Positions 1 to 9,821 of a stretch of 64,000 nucleotides of DNA are shown in pieces. A program made the translations under genes and the position numbers. The stretch lies in the sequence record MZ443771.1. The stretch is one strand, 5' to 3'. Position 1 is the stretch's first letter. Each line of letters opens with the position of its first letter. The notes under the pieces are model-generated. The model was not told the origin of the DNA and ran no database searches. It was given only the letters and a program-made list of their open reading frames with translations.

Positions 1-309
1 CTTCGTGCAGTGCGTGGATTCAACTTCGTTCGTTGTGCGTCCACCAGCACGGAAGTTCTCGTCAGGACGTGACGCTTTGCCTTCTGCGCCCGGCTTCGTG
101 TTGCCATTACGCAGATCTGCATCACCTTCAACAGCTTTATCCGGGTCGAACATGTCGTCCGCTTTTGCGCTTTGATTCGCATCAAACGGAATCTTACCTG
201 TCAGCTTGTTTGGGTCTGGCCAACTGTCCGGGATATCAGACGCAGGTTGTGGTTTGTTCGTCATATCACCGTTAGCTTCGCTGCTCAAGCTGATCTTAAT
301 ACGTGCCAT
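1..309 (-). CDS. Hypothetical protein, partial (runs off left edge); N-terminus MARIKISLSSEA
   Basis: Hand translation: ATG at 309 with AGGAG RBS, open to base 1; not in the ORF track because it is truncated. Confidence 0.75.
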   Translation of the reverse strand, partial: MARIKISLSSEANGDMTNKPQPASDIPDSWPDPNKLTGKIPFDANQSAKADDMFDPDKAVEGDADLRNGNTKPGAEGKASRPDENFRAGGRTTNEVESTHCTK

Positions 310-320
310 TGTCTTTTCTC

Positions 321-1430
321 CTATCGGATCTTAAAGCCATTGAAAATGTTGTACGCAACTTCTTTGCGCTGTACGGGACGTGTGGTACACACCCATTCCC
401 ATTGTTCGTTTCGTGCTGTGCGCTTCTTAGGCGCTTCCATAACTTTCAGCACATAGTTTTTGAACGGCAGAACGAGAATGTCTTCTGGTTCTAACGGACC
501 TGAGCGAGCTGGCAGCACGACCGTGATGTTACCAACAGTCAGCTCCTGATCGTAGTTCAACACGTTCGCTTCTTCGCTGATGTTGCCCTTAACAGGCGGC
601 ACACCCAAGTCGAAGACGAGCGTACAATGCGTGAATGCCTCAATGCCTTTCACACGCAGCGTAACGTGTTTGCCTCGCCACGGTTCAAGGTTTGCTGCTG
701 TCAGTTCGACTTCAACGCCGTTCAGCACAAGCATAGGGCGTGGAAACGCAGGTAACATTGATTCGTTCAGACGTACCGAATATGTCGCCTGAGTAAAGTA
801 TTTTGGGATAAGCTGATCGAAATCCACGTAACTGTCTTTGCGCTGCTGTCTGAAAGTTGCAGGGCTGGTGGATTGATCGAGCGTGTAGCCTGATGCGTTT
901 TGAATGTGATGGTGAGTCACCACGTTGTAGATATAGCCTGTGCTAATAAACCCAGGCACAACGCCCTGCCGATAGCAGATGCCGCAGTTCGCAACGTTAC
1001 CACCATCCCACTTGACGTCGAACTCTTCGCCTGTGTCGATACCCATCAGGTCGGCAGCGTCCATTGCAGCGTTCATACCGTCGTCGATATCATCGAGGGT
1101 AACTACTTGGCGTCCACCACCAAACATACCTTTCGAGACAGTGCCGATCTTAACGCCGCCGTCCATAGAACTGGATTCGCGTCCGAGTGATTTGAGCGCA
1201 CCGTCTTGGTTATCGAAGATATCGTTTTCAACTTTGTTGCAGCTACAGGTGAGGCCCATCTTCGCCTTTTTAAAGATGACGATATCGGTGGCGTCCACCT
1301 CAAGGGCCTGTTCGACTTTCGACTTCACAACCTCTTGGATTGAGTTCAGGCGTTTCTGCACTCGCTCCGTTTCGTAGGTTTTGTGCCTGTCGTATTTATT
1401 TCGCTGTTTTCCGCGTTCGATCCAGCTCAT
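321..1430 (-). CDS. Putative virion head-completion/neck protein with CxC and CxxC motifs
   Basis: 369 aa ORF; TCSC and NCGICYRQG motifs plus a beta-rich C-terminus resemble neck proteins of large myoviruses; function is inference. Confidence 0.45.
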   Translation of the reverse strand: MSWIERGKQRNKYDRHKTYETERVQKRLNSIQEVVKSKVEQALEVDATDIVIFKKAKMGLTCSCNKVENDIFDNQDGALKSLGRESSSMDGGVKIGTVSKGMFGGGRQVVTLDDIDDGMNAAMDAADLMGIDTGEEFDVKWDGGNVANCGICYRQGVVPGFISTGYIYNVVTHHHIQNASGYTLDQSTSPATFRQQRKDSYVDFDQLIPKYFTQATYSVRLNESMLPAFPRPMLVLNGVEVELTAANLEPWRGKHVTLRVKGIEAFTHCTLVFDLGVPPVKGNISEEANVLNYDQELTVGNITVVLPARSGPLEPEDILVLPFKNYVLKVMEAPKKRTARNEQWEWVCTTRPVQRKEVAYNIFNGFKIR

Positions 1431-1528
1431 AATCTTCTCCTCTGTGTGGTTGAAATTAGTGACTAAAAATTTCTACCTTCGACCTAGTAAATACTTATTT
1501 ATACGCATGTCAAGACACGGAGCCTTTT

Positions 1529-2077
1529 ATGCGTATTCTCTCAGGCGACCCGGGCAAGGTTAACTTCGCGTTGTCTGTTCAAGAGTTTAAGGACAAACGC
1601 ATTACCGTGCTGGGTACGCGGATGTTTCAACATCCTATCCAGAACCTGCATTACGATATGCGCCAACCAGTCAAAGAGTTCATGAAAGAGCTTGAAGACA
1701 TTTGGAAGCGCTATGGACCGTTCGATGCAATGTGCTTTGAACGTTTTCAGTCACGCGGATTAGGCGGCAACACCATTGAAGCAATCAGTCTCATGCTAGG
1801 TGTTATCTCGCTGTTCGCGCTGAAAAAGAATTGTCCAATTGATTTGATTACGGCTAGTCAGTGGAAGAACGCGTTTAACCGCTCGATGGATCTCAAGGGG
1901 TACTACGCGCAGCACAATCTGACTTCGAAAAAGAGTCGTAAAGCAATTCACGAATTTGATGCCAGCCTTATCGGCGTCTACACCTTCTACCGTCACTCAG
2001 GAATCAAACCATTTGCTGGCTTCCATCGCATCGTTGATGTGTATGTGCCGCGATTCCTTGAGGCGCCTGTACTTTGA
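1529..2077 (+). CDS. RuvC-like Holliday junction resolvase (RNase H fold)
   Basis: N-terminal ILSGDPGKVNFAL motif, conserved E (CFERFQ) and late D (HEFDASLIG). Confidence 0.75.
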   Translation: MRILSGDPGKVNFALSVQEFKDKRITVLGTRMFQHPIQNLHYDMRQPVKEFMKELEDIWKRYGPFDAMCFERFQSRGLGGNTIEAISLMLGVISLFALKKNCPIDLITASQWKNAFNRSMDLKGYYAQHNLTSKKSRKAIHEFDASLIGVYTFYRHSGIKPFAGFHRIVDVYVPRFLEAPVL

Positions 2078-2087
2078 GGATTCAGAA

Positions 2088-2453
2088 ATGAAACAAGAAC
2101 TGTTGAACAAACTCGCATTTGATGTGCTGTCCGAATTCGGTGTAGCGATGTTCCTCGATCGTGGTGAAGTCGGCTACAACAACGAAAGCTACGCAACGTT
2201 TGAAACGCTGTTCAGCGTGAAGTCTGACGCTGATGGTTCAACGCTGGCAGCAGACCTACGTGCTAAGATCGCAGAGCATCTGGAGAAGCTGAAAGCAGAA
2301 GGTATGACGCGCAACTACAACGGCAATACCCAGCGCATGGCTGTTGTTGTCGAGTCGCCGAAACTTACCTACCGTGAGCCTATGGCAAACGAAATTCCAG
2401 GCGCGATGCTGTACTCATTCTCCATTGGCTTCCCCTTAATTCTGGCCAATTAA
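2088..2453 (+). CDS. Hypothetical protein
   Basis: ATG 2088 with GAGGA RBS, directly after the resolvase. Confidence 0.75.
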   Translation: MKQELLNKLAFDVLSEFGVAMFLDRGEVGYNNESYATFETLFSVKSDADGSTLAADLRAKIAEHLEKLKAEGMTRNYNGNTQRMAVVVESPKLTYREPMANEIPGAMLYSFSIGFPLILAN

Positions 2454-2454
2454 T

Positions 2455-2463
2455 CTGTAAATA
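2455..2463 (+). promoter_or_regulatory. CTGTAAATA box (putative phage-sigma promoter)
   Basis: Intergenic, 37 nt before ATG 2500; the motif recurs upstream of other genes. Confidence 0.6.
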
Positions 2464-2499
2464 TCCTTACTTGGTTAATGTGTCTTGTAGGGTAGCGAA

Positions 2500-3204
2500 A
2501 TGGCGAAGTTAAAGAAAGAACGATCAGTCAAGGTCAAAGCGAAAGTTAAGCCTGTTGTGAAAACAAAGGCGTCGACCAAGACGAAGAAAACAAAGAAGGA
2601 AAAAGCAATTCCTATTCGTGTTGTGGCAGACACTCGTCCTATTATCACCTGTCCTGAGATGGAAGATAAGCCTCAACCATTTAAGTTCAAGGGGCAGTGT
2701 CCCATAACGACCTGTCAGTATTGCACACGCGAAACACCGACCGGTTGTATGGCGCTTGACCGTAAAGAAGCTGCTGACCGTTCAATCTCTAACAAGGAGA
2801 TCCAGTATTACAAACGTGGCCTCTTCCCGGAACTTATGGAGATGGATCAAAAGCAGTTGGACAATACGATCCGCCGCGCACAAACTCGTGCCCGTACTGC
2901 TATCTGTCTTACTATGTTTATTGCCGGGATTGATGATTCTGATTGCGATCGTTCTTTCCAGTACGTAGAAGGTCGGAGCAGAGCCGTCGATCAAGTACAC
3001 AACTATCTTGTGCAGACGTTCAACGATTATCGTCCGTGGATGCTCGCGTACCTCGACGATGAGAAACGTTTCGCAGAGATGGTGGGTAAAATAACCAATT
3101 CCGAATTTAATTTAGGTGCAGCACTTCGTTTGACGCCTCGTAAGTATCAGACGTTCTGCCAAGCGCTGCAAAACCTTAAACAATCTGGAGACTCCAATGA
3201 GTAA
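2500..3204 (+). CDS. Hypothetical protein, Lys-rich N-terminus, Cys cluster (CPITTCQYC...C)
   Basis: 234 aa ORF; possible zinc site. Confidence 0.75.
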   Translation: MAKLKKERSVKVKAKVKPVVKTKASTKTKKTKKEKAIPIRVVADTRPIITCPEMEDKPQPFKFKGQCPITTCQYCTRETPTGCMALDRKEAADRSISNKEIQYYKRGLFPELMEMDQKQLDNTIRRAQTRARTAICLTMFIAGIDDSDCDRSFQYVEGRSRAVDQVHNYLVQTFNDYRPWMLAYLDDEKRFAEMVGKITNSEFNLGAALRLTPRKYQTFCQALQNLKQSGDSNE

Positions 3205-4966
3205 CATTATTTCATTCGACCAGTTTCGCGCTATGCTCAAGCGCAACATTCTGAAAGAACCTAAGATGCTGGTCAAGAACCAAACTCAGCCACTCGGTCA
3301 GATTATCTTCCAGTGCCCTGGTGACAACTTCAAAATGAAGGACATCACTATCCCTGCGTCACCGAATGCTATCGATCTGACGCTACAAGCTCCACTTGAT
3401 AACCTGCTGGCGTGTGCTCAATTGAAATCTCTGTTCGACTTGCAGCGTATCGTTTTGCTGAACCCTGACGATATGCCAGTACCGGCAGAAGATATCGATC
3501 AGCCTGTTCTGTCTCAGCCGCCAGTTGCTGGTGCGCTGTCTGTTGACGGTACAACTATTCCGAACGCTGTCGTGATCGTCGAACAAAACGGCAACGTCTG
3601 GACAGGCACTTCAAACAGTAGCGGTGTGTTCAACGTGAACGTGTCCGGCCTCGAAGAAGGTCAGTTCTCGATCACTGTTACCGCAGAAGGTTATACGCCT
3701 GCACGTTACAACTTCACTGCTGGTGAGCAGCCGCTGCAACCTCTGCCTGAACCAACCGTACACGCAGTCTTCAAAGAGACAACCGTGTCGGGTACGACTG
3801 TGGCAAATGCTAATATTGTCGTGTCAGTGCAGAGCAAAGCGTACACCGGACAAGCTGATGATCAGGGTGCGTTCTCTATCAACGTTGACCCACTGCCGTT
3901 CGATACAATCTACGTGACTATCGAAGCGCCTGGGTATCTGTCCAAGCAGGTCACTGTTGTTACTGACAGCGTTCCTGGCCTTGCGCAGATTAACAGCGCA
4001 CCTTTCCTGTCTACTTCTCTGGCAGGTAAAGCAAGCCCAAGCGCTCAGGTTGAGATTCTGATTGACGGACAAGCGAACCAGTTCGCTACCGCTGATGCAG
4101 ACGGCAACTGGACTGCTGATGTCGGTGCTGTTAAAGGCGCTGTTACGATTCGTAGTCTTGAACAAGAAGGCTATGATGAAGCGACTGCGACAATGCAACC
4201 GACTAAACTCCAGTTCGGTGCAATCACTGTCGATGACGCTGACGCGTTCGGTGAGACACGCACTGCCGTTACAGGTAACATTGCTGGACTGAATCCAGAA
4301 GCGAATGATATCGCTGTTACCGTGACTGTTCAGGCTGGCGTGTACGAAGGTACTGTCAATCTCAGCAATGGTCAGTTCAACATCACTGGTGTTGACGCTA
4401 AGGCGGGTGTTGGTGCGACTGGCGTTGTCAATGTCACCTCTGCGTTCTACGAAGATGGTGGCGCATCGTTTACCATTCTGGAAGAGTTCGTTGCTCCTAC
4501 TCTGGAGCAAGCAGTTGACGGACAGACTGCTGTTGTCGGTACTACTGTGGCAAGCGCCACTGTTAAAGTTACTATGAACGGTGAAACCAAAACTGCGTCT
4601 TCAAACCCTCAGGGTGCGTTTAGCGTTAGTGGCTTCACTAACGTTGTTCCGGGCCCAGTCACTATCGAACTGTCTCGCGCTCAGTACCTGACTGCGAGCT
4701 TCGAAGTTACTCAGACCGTACAGGCTCGTGGTGAGCTTGATGCAGATCTGAAAGCTGGTGAAGACACCGTATCGGGATTAGCAACACCTGGCTCTACCGT
4801 ATCTCTGACTCAGGACAGCATCACTGGTGATGCAGTAGCTGACGCGAGCACTGGTGAGTTCATTATCACGCTGTCCGGCCCTCTGGTTGAAGGTCAGGCG
4901 CAGCTTAAAGTTCAACACGCTGGTTATGTTGACTATACTGAAACATTAGCTGTAGCGGCAGCTTAA
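3197..4966 (+). CDS. Ig-like repeat protein (about 6 bacterial Ig-like domains), likely virion surface/decoration protein
   Basis: About 80-aa repeats with GT(T/A)xPxAxVxV...ADxxGxFxxxV pattern; N-terminal domain shared with the next ORF. Confidence 0.75.
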   Translation: MSNIISFDQFRAMLKRNILKEPKMLVKNQTQPLGQIIFQCPGDNFKMKDITIPASPNAIDLTLQAPLDNLLACAQLKSLFDLQRIVLLNPDDMPVPAEDIDQPVLSQPPVAGALSVDGTTIPNAVVIVEQNGNVWTGTSNSSGVFNVNVSGLEEGQFSITVTAEGYTPARYNFTAGEQPLQPLPEPTVHAVFKETTVSGTTVANANIVVSVQSKAYTGQADDQGAFSINVDPLPFDTIYVTIEAPGYLSKQVTVVTDSVPGLAQINSAPFLSTSLAGKASPSAQVEILIDGQANQFATADADGNWTADVGAVKGAVTIRSLEQEGYDEATATMQPTKLQFGAITVDDADAFGETRTAVTGNIAGLNPEANDIAVTVTVQAGVYEGTVNLSNGQFNITGVDAKAGVGATGVVNVTSAFYEDGGASFTILEEFVAPTLEQAVDGQTAVVGTTVASATVKVTMNGETKTASSNPQGAFSVSGFTNVVPGPVTIELSRAQYLTASFEVTQTVQARGELDADLKAGEDTVSGLATPGSTVSLTQDSITGDAVADASTGEFIITLSGPLVEGQAQLKVQHAGYVDYTETLAVAAA

Positions 4967-4974
4967 TCCTTTAC

Positions 4975-4990
4975 AGGGGCTTCGGCCCCT
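4975..4990 (+). other. C(UUCG)G tetraloop hairpin without U-tract (intercistronic stabiliser or processing element)
   Basis: AGGGGC-TTCG-GCCCCT between co-directional genes. Confidence 0.6.
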
Positions 4991-5017
4991 AATTAAACTG
5001 AAATTCGGAGAGTTCCC

Positions 5018-5674
5018 ATGAGCACTAAAAACAACACGCAAGTCCAGCCTATCACTCTGACTAAATACAACGAACTGTACGGTGACAACCCTGTTGCTCC
5101 TATGTACGTTGCCAACCGTACTGAGCCACGCGGCAACGTAATGTTCAGCGCGAAAGACGATCTGGGTCAGCCTGTTGCTGTACTGGTACCTGCTACCTTC
5201 ATCCCAATCGATCTGACTCAGCAAGCGACCAAAACAAGCCTGATGCAGTCTACTCACCTGCGCCGCGCTCTGCGTATCGGTCAGCTGGTCATTCTCGAAA
5301 CTGAAACCGCAGAAGAATATCTGCGCACCAGCGCTATGGCGAAAACTGAAATGCGTCATCTGAACAAGATGAATGCGTCTATCGCTGCTGAACTGGAAGA
5401 AGTCGACGGTCAGCTCGCGCCTATCAATCTGGCTGGTGGCAACACCAAGAAACAGATTCAGTTCGAAGACGGCGATCAGTTGTCAAGCAACCAGTTCGTT
5501 AACGCGTTTATCGCTCGTGCCGCAGAAGACAGCGGTGAGTCTGACGACAACCTCGAACGTGAGTTCCTGTCTCGTGGCCTGGGTCTGCCTGTGTCTGAGC
5601 TGGAAATTCTTCGCGCTAACATCTCTCGTCCGGCAATCGTTGACCTGATCGTTCAGGCAATCACTGACGCATAA
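5018..5674 (+). CDS. Hypothetical protein; paralogue of the N-terminal domain of the Ig-repeat protein
   Basis: 218 aa; MYVANRTEPRGNVMF and VPATFIPIDLTQQA align with MLVKNQTQPLGQIIF and IPASPNAIDLTLQA. Confidence 0.75.
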   Translation: MSTKNNTQVQPITLTKYNELYGDNPVAPMYVANRTEPRGNVMFSAKDDLGQPVAVLVPATFIPIDLTQQATKTSLMQSTHLRRALRIGQLVILETETAEEYLRTSAMAKTEMRHLNKMNASIAAELEEVDGQLAPINLAGGNTKKQIQFEDGDQLSSNQFVNAFIARAAEDSGESDDNLEREFLSRGLGLPVSELEILRANISRPAIVDLIVQAITDA

Positions 5675-5689
5675 TCTCAGTGTTGCGAC

Positions 5690-5730
5690 AAAAAAAAATG
5701 GGAGGCCCCGAAAGGAGTCTCCCATTTTTA
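5690..5730. terminator. Bidirectional intrinsic terminator between convergent genes
   Basis: A-run, ATGGGAG...CTCCCAT stem, T-run. Confidence 0.8.
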
Positions 5731-5901
5731 TTACTTCTGCTGTTGTCTCATTCGATCAAGGAACGCTACACCTTCACCTGGCTTAACGATGCGCGGTTCA
5801 ACCTTGATGCGATTGATCAGACGTTGCATACGGCGAAGATTGCGTTTGCGTAAATCCTCGATTGAGTGTTGCTTGTACTGCGTTCTGTATTTCAGAGCCA
5901 T
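5731..5901 (-). CDS. Small basic protein (56 aa, MALKYRTQYKQHSIEDLRKRNLRRMQR...)
   Basis: Hand translation; GAGG RBS; starts 2 nt after the primase stop; below the ORF-track cutoff. Confidence 0.65.
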   Translation of the reverse strand: MALKYRTQYKQHSIEDLRKRNLRRMQRLINRIKVEPRIVKPGEGVAFLDRMRQQQK

Positions 5902-5902
5902 G

Positions 5903-6958
5903 CTACTTCCTCTTTTCTATTGCTTTCGGTCTGTTCCACCCAAGTGCTTTCGCTGGCATGATACACTTCTTACCGTGTATGTCACGCAGCGTCATGCGAA
6001 CTTCTTTGATCAACTTGAATGGTGCGTTGTCAGGGTCGAGCTTAATCAGCTTACCGTCTTCGTCAAATTCACGCGGTAACTTGAAGTGCTTAACAGGTAC
6101 TGGAGAGTTACGCTCGAACTCCTCTTTGATTTTTCCACGCAGTAGCTTACCGCCACCATCGTTGTCTGTCATCGTGTAGACTACGCTCACACCCAGCATC
6201 TCAAGTGTTCTACGTTTCGTTTCACCGAACTGCTCTGCACCAAGCACTGCGAGTGCCGGTATGCCATACGACAATAACGCAAGCGCATCACGAGGACCTT
6301 CGACAAGCACAACGTATCTCAGCTTGTACTTTTTCAAACACTCTTTCACAAGCGGCAACGGGAATAGACCTTTATCTTTTGCCCAATCGCCTTGCGAGTT
6401 CACATAGCTGGTGCCGTTCATTTGCTTACGCAGATAAGCAGCGATACCGCCTATGTATTTCGTACCATGCTTGCACGGGAAGAAGCAGACGTTCGTGCCT
6501 GTGTGTTGTGCATTAAGCAGACCACCAGCAGCACGAACAAGCGCACCGGGATAACCGCGCCACTCAACATCTAGCGGCCACTCCATGTAAGACTTACGCC
6601 CAAGAGCTTTCATCAATAGACCAACAGACGGGTAAGTACCTATCTTCTGTCCGATGTGCTCATACGTTTTAAGCAGAGCGCTCAAGCTGTTCGTGCCAGC
6701 GTCTTTTAGCGCCCAGCCTTTGATCTCTTGCAGCTTGGCATGTGCCGCTAATTTGTTCCAGCCACCCTTCTCACCACAACCAAAGCAGTGAAAGAACCCT
6801 AACGGGATTTCCATGCCTACAGAAGTGTAAATACCACAACTAGGAGTCTTATCGCTGTGGAAGGGGCAGCACACCATCACGGTGTCGCCGTTGTATTTCT
6901 TCTCTCCCGGCAGTTTACCGATTTCCTCAAGAATTATCTGATGAACGTCTTCTGCCAT
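5903..6958 (-). CDS. DNA primase (CHC2 zinc finger + TOPRIM)
   Basis: CPFHSDKTPSC...HCFGCG zinc finger; VLVEGPRDAL and TDNDGGG TOPRIM motifs. Confidence 0.9.
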   Translation of the reverse strand: MAEDVHQIILEEIGKLPGEKKYNGDTVMVCCPFHSDKTPSCGIYTSVGMEIPLGFFHCFGCGEKGGWNKLAAHAKLQEIKGWALKDAGTNSLSALLKTYEHIGQKIGTYPSVGLLMKALGRKSYMEWPLDVEWRGYPGALVRAAGGLLNAQHTGTNVCFFPCKHGTKYIGGIAAYLRKQMNGTSYVNSQGDWAKDKGLFPLPLVKECLKKYKLRYVVLVEGPRDALALLSYGIPALAVLGAEQFGETKRRTLEMLGVSVVYTMTDNDGGGKLLRGKIKEEFERNSPVPVKHFKLPREFDEDGKLIKLDPDNAPFKLIKEVRMTLRDIHGKKCIMPAKALGWNRPKAIEKRK

Positions 6959-6997
6959 ACCATCCTCTATTCATTTCGTAATTTACGCATATAAGCA

Positions 6998-7006
6998 TAT
7001 TTACAG
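6998..7006 (-). promoter_or_regulatory. CTGTAAATA box upstream of primase
   Basis: Exact motif on the minus strand 40 nt before the primase ATG. Confidence 0.6.
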
Positions 7007-7022
7007 ATAAGGGATAATAAGA

Positions 7023-7358
7023 ATGGGTAATCCACATCGCTATGTACATTCCGCAGAGCGTCGTTTCTACGAACGGCACTGGTTACAGTTCTGCGATCTA
7101 CTGAAAGTTGAACCTCAAACTCTCGGTGCTTTCAATAAGCAGGGCGATATGATTGGTATTTCTCTGCCTGTCGATTCAGACATTACGGAAATGACCAAGA
7201 GCATTAAGCTGATGTATTCCGTCACGGAAGATGATGTTGAAGTGCGCTGTTACCTGTTCGGTACTCGCTACTACAAGTTCGTATTCTTTGAACAAACAAT
7301 TGCAGTAAGCGAGGACGATGATGAGAACGTTCGCAAACGTACCAGCGCGAGTCAATGA
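7023..7358 (+). CDS. Hypothetical protein
   Basis: 111 aa ORF, divergent from primase. Confidence 0.7.
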   Translation: MGNPHRYVHSAERRFYERHWLQFCDLLKVEPQTLGAFNKQGDMIGISLPVDSDITEMTKSIKLMYSVTEDDVEVRCYLFGTRYYKFVFFEQTIAVSEDDDENVRKRTSASQ

Positions 7359-8406
7359 CACCCGTGTGCTGTCACGCATCGGCAAGATGATCGATGCTGC
7401 ACTTGACGTAAAAATTCAAGAGAAGCGCTGGCCGAAGAAACGCGTTAGCCCTTCAATGTTTCCTATCTGTCCGATTCAAGAGACAGCGAAACTGATTTAC
7501 CAAAAGCATAACAACTGCATGACCGGAGAGTCAGGTACGTTGCTGAACATCTTTGCGAAAGCAGGGACGGGGATGCACGAAGCCTTGCAGAATGCTCTGG
7601 GGCACAGCGGTCAGATGGTTGGCCACTGGAAATGTACGAACGAAAAATGCGTAGAATACCCGAAGACCAAAGGCAAAATGGTTGACGGCGAATACGTGAA
7701 AGGTAAGTACACGCGAACTAAAAGCACTAACAACATTTGTCCGTCGTGCAAAAAGCCCATGGCCTATGCAGAACTCAAAGTCCTGTATAAGTCGCTCAAG
7801 GGTTATGTCGATGGTTTGATTGATAATCTTGACGGCACGTACAGCCTGATCGATTTGAAGTCTACCATGGTGACGAAAGCCGCTGACGGAACATTCTTTG
7901 TCAAGTACCATCGCTTTCAGATCGCAACATACGCCTATCTGTTGAAGAAGCGTTACGGTTACAACATCGTGGATTACACTCTCGTTTATGTGCCGCGAGA
8001 TAATCCTAAGAAGTTTGTAGAGAAGACCTTTGTGTTTGACGAGGCAGAGTCGAAACGCGCCAAAGAGTTCATGATGGGTCAGATACGCGCATGGGATGCT
8101 GCGGTAAAATCAGCGCGTACGGGTAACCTGCTGCCAGCTATTAAACGTAAGCCGTGCAAGAGCGCTGAGTATTATTGGGACGAGTTCCACGGATATGACA
8201 CATGCCCTTTTGTAGACCATTGCTTTATTCAATCACACATGATTGACTTCATGAAGAAGTTAGAGCAGCGAATCATGGCCAACCCCGAACTGACTTATAC
8301 GGAAATCATAAGCACAGGTCGGAAAACTCAACAACAAGGTCTGCTGCCGGACAAGTCGAAGAAATCGCAACGTCCGAAGCATATCGTAAAAACATTTGAG
8401 CTATGA
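7318..8406 (+). CDS. PD-(D/E)XK (RecB/Cas4-like) exonuclease with probable Fe-S staple and inserted zinc ribbon
   Basis: GYVDGL, LIDLKS and QIATYA motifs; N-terminal Cys plus C-terminal C...CPFVDHC; internal CTNEKC/CPSC. Confidence 0.8.
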   Translation: MMRTFANVPARVNDTRVLSRIGKMIDAALDVKIQEKRWPKKRVSPSMFPICPIQETAKLIYQKHNNCMTGESGTLLNIFAKAGTGMHEALQNALGHSGQMVGHWKCTNEKCVEYPKTKGKMVDGEYVKGKYTRTKSTNNICPSCKKPMAYAELKVLYKSLKGYVDGLIDNLDGTYSLIDLKSTMVTKAADGTFFVKYHRFQIATYAYLLKKRYGYNIVDYTLVYVPRDNPKKFVEKTFVFDEAESKRAKEFMMGQIRAWDAAVKSARTGNLLPAIKRKPCKSAEYYWDEFHGYDTCPFVDHCFIQSHMIDFMKKLEQRIMANPELTYTEIISTGRKTQQQGLLPDKSKKSQRPKHIVKTFEL

Positions 8407-8813
8407 GCATACAAAAAGATTATGAACGATCATTGCGCCGACTTAAGGAGTCTGTCTATCGCAAAGAGCAGCTAGGTTATGTTGTACCTCGCTGCGTTGA
8501 CGTTGTACTCGCAAAGGTAAAACCTCCCGAACAGGTGGCATCGAGAAAGTATCTGGTCGTGCTGATGTTGGTCAGTCAGACCTGTGAGAATCTCTGCGCC
8601 TCCCTGACGATGCGAGAGCAGCTTGTGGTTAAGATGACTCTCCTTAGTCGCAAACACCCAACGCCAGAGATTCAACGTCGTATCAGACGTTTAGATGAAC
8701 TGGTCAATAGCCAAGACGTGAACATTGAAAATCACCGATTGCTTCTCAATTACCGCTGCGAGATATTGATCGACATTCTCGACGGCAAAGAAACTAACTC
8801 ACGATACACTTGA
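8403..8813 (+). CDS. Hypothetical protein
   Basis: 136 aa ORF, ATGA overlap with the upstream gene. Confidence 0.7.
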   Translation: MSIQKDYERSLRRLKESVYRKEQLGYVVPRCVDVVLAKVKPPEQVASRKYLVVLMLVSQTCENLCASLTMREQLVVKMTLLSRKHPTPEIQRRIRRLDELVNSQDVNIENHRLLLNYRCEILIDILDGKETNSRYT

Positions 8814-8821
8814 GGTGTAGA

Positions 8822-9325
8822 ATGGAAATTTATGTAAGCCTGAGCCAGGACTCTACCGACAAGAACCGCAGTAAGGTATCAAGTCCTGAGTCTAACACTG
8901 GGCGCGTTGATGTGTCTGATTACGCTTCGCTTGAGAAGAAACTTCGCCTGACAGAAGAAGCGAAAGACAAAGAGAAGCTCGCTCAGAAAGCTGGTGGCGG
9001 GGATTCTGTAAAGGGTAAGAAAGGCGCTAAAAAAGATAGCGCGAAACCCAAAGGAGATGACTCTGACACGGACGCTGATAAAGAAGATGACGCCGGCGAT
9101 GATGCTGACTTTAGCTTTGATGGAGGCGACGATGATACAGATGAATCTACAGATGACTCTGGAGACGATTCCAATGGAAAGTCTAAAGCTAAGAAAGGTG
9201 GAAAAAAATCTGACAAGTCTGGAGATGCGGACGCAGAAGACGCAGAAGACCCTGACGCAGACGAATCCGAAGGTGACGACGGGGATGCAGATGTTGAAAG
9301 CACTGATGATGAGGACGTCGAGTAA
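8822..9325 (+). CDS. Disordered Asp/Lys-rich protein; N-terminus MEIYVSLS
   Basis: ATG 8822 with GAGGTG RBS; alternating D-rich and K-rich blocks. Confidence 0.75.
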   Translation: MEIYVSLSQDSTDKNRSKVSSPESNTGRVDVSDYASLEKKLRLTEEAKDKEKLAQKAGGGDSVKGKKGAKKDSAKPKGDDSDTDADKEDDAGDDADFSFDGGDDDTDESTDDSGDDSNGKSKAKKGGKKSDKSGDADAEDAEDPDADESEGDDGDADVESTDDEDVE

Positions 9326-9821
9326 CGATCCCGTCGATGTGCCCAAGACGCATGATGCGATGATCGATGTACTGATCGCAATTCGCTATATGTGCATGAA
9401 GCGAATGATCTACCCTGTCGTTGCTGCGACAATCGAGCGGCGCAACGAGTATCTGGTGATGAGCAAAGCCTGTCTCCAGATGAAGCCAACTAAAGTTTAC
9501 GATGCAATTCAAGATCCGAACTGTGCTGTAAACTCTCGTTGGCTGTTACGTGCTTTCACCCGCACTGCGCTGCACTTCGACCTGCTGCCTGTTATCGTAG
9601 ATCGTAGCGGTGAGTTCCAGCCGCTGATTACACGCTACTTCGATAAGGATGATGCAGACTTTGCCTATCGCCGTCAGTATGACATTCGCTACCTGACCCA
9701 GCTTACTGAAATTCGTAAGCCGCGTATGTATCTGCTTAATGGAGTTAATTATGGCGTACAAATCACTCGCCAAGAAACCGAAAAAGTCGAAAGCCGCGAA
9801 AGAAGCCGATATTCGGAATAA
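9306..9821 (+). CDS. Hypothetical protein (start uncertain, 9306-9360)
   Basis: 3' part of track ORF 9057-9821; the upstream part shadows the D/K-rich gene. Confidence 0.6.
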   Translation: MMRTSSNDPVDVPKTHDAMIDVLIAIRYMCMKRMIYPVVAATIERRNEYLVMSKACLQMKPTKVYDAIQDPNCAVNSRWLLRAFTRTALHFDLLPVIVDRSGEFQPLITRYFDKDDADFAYRRQYDIRYLTQLTEIRKPRMYLLNGVNYGVQITRQETEKVESRERSRYSE

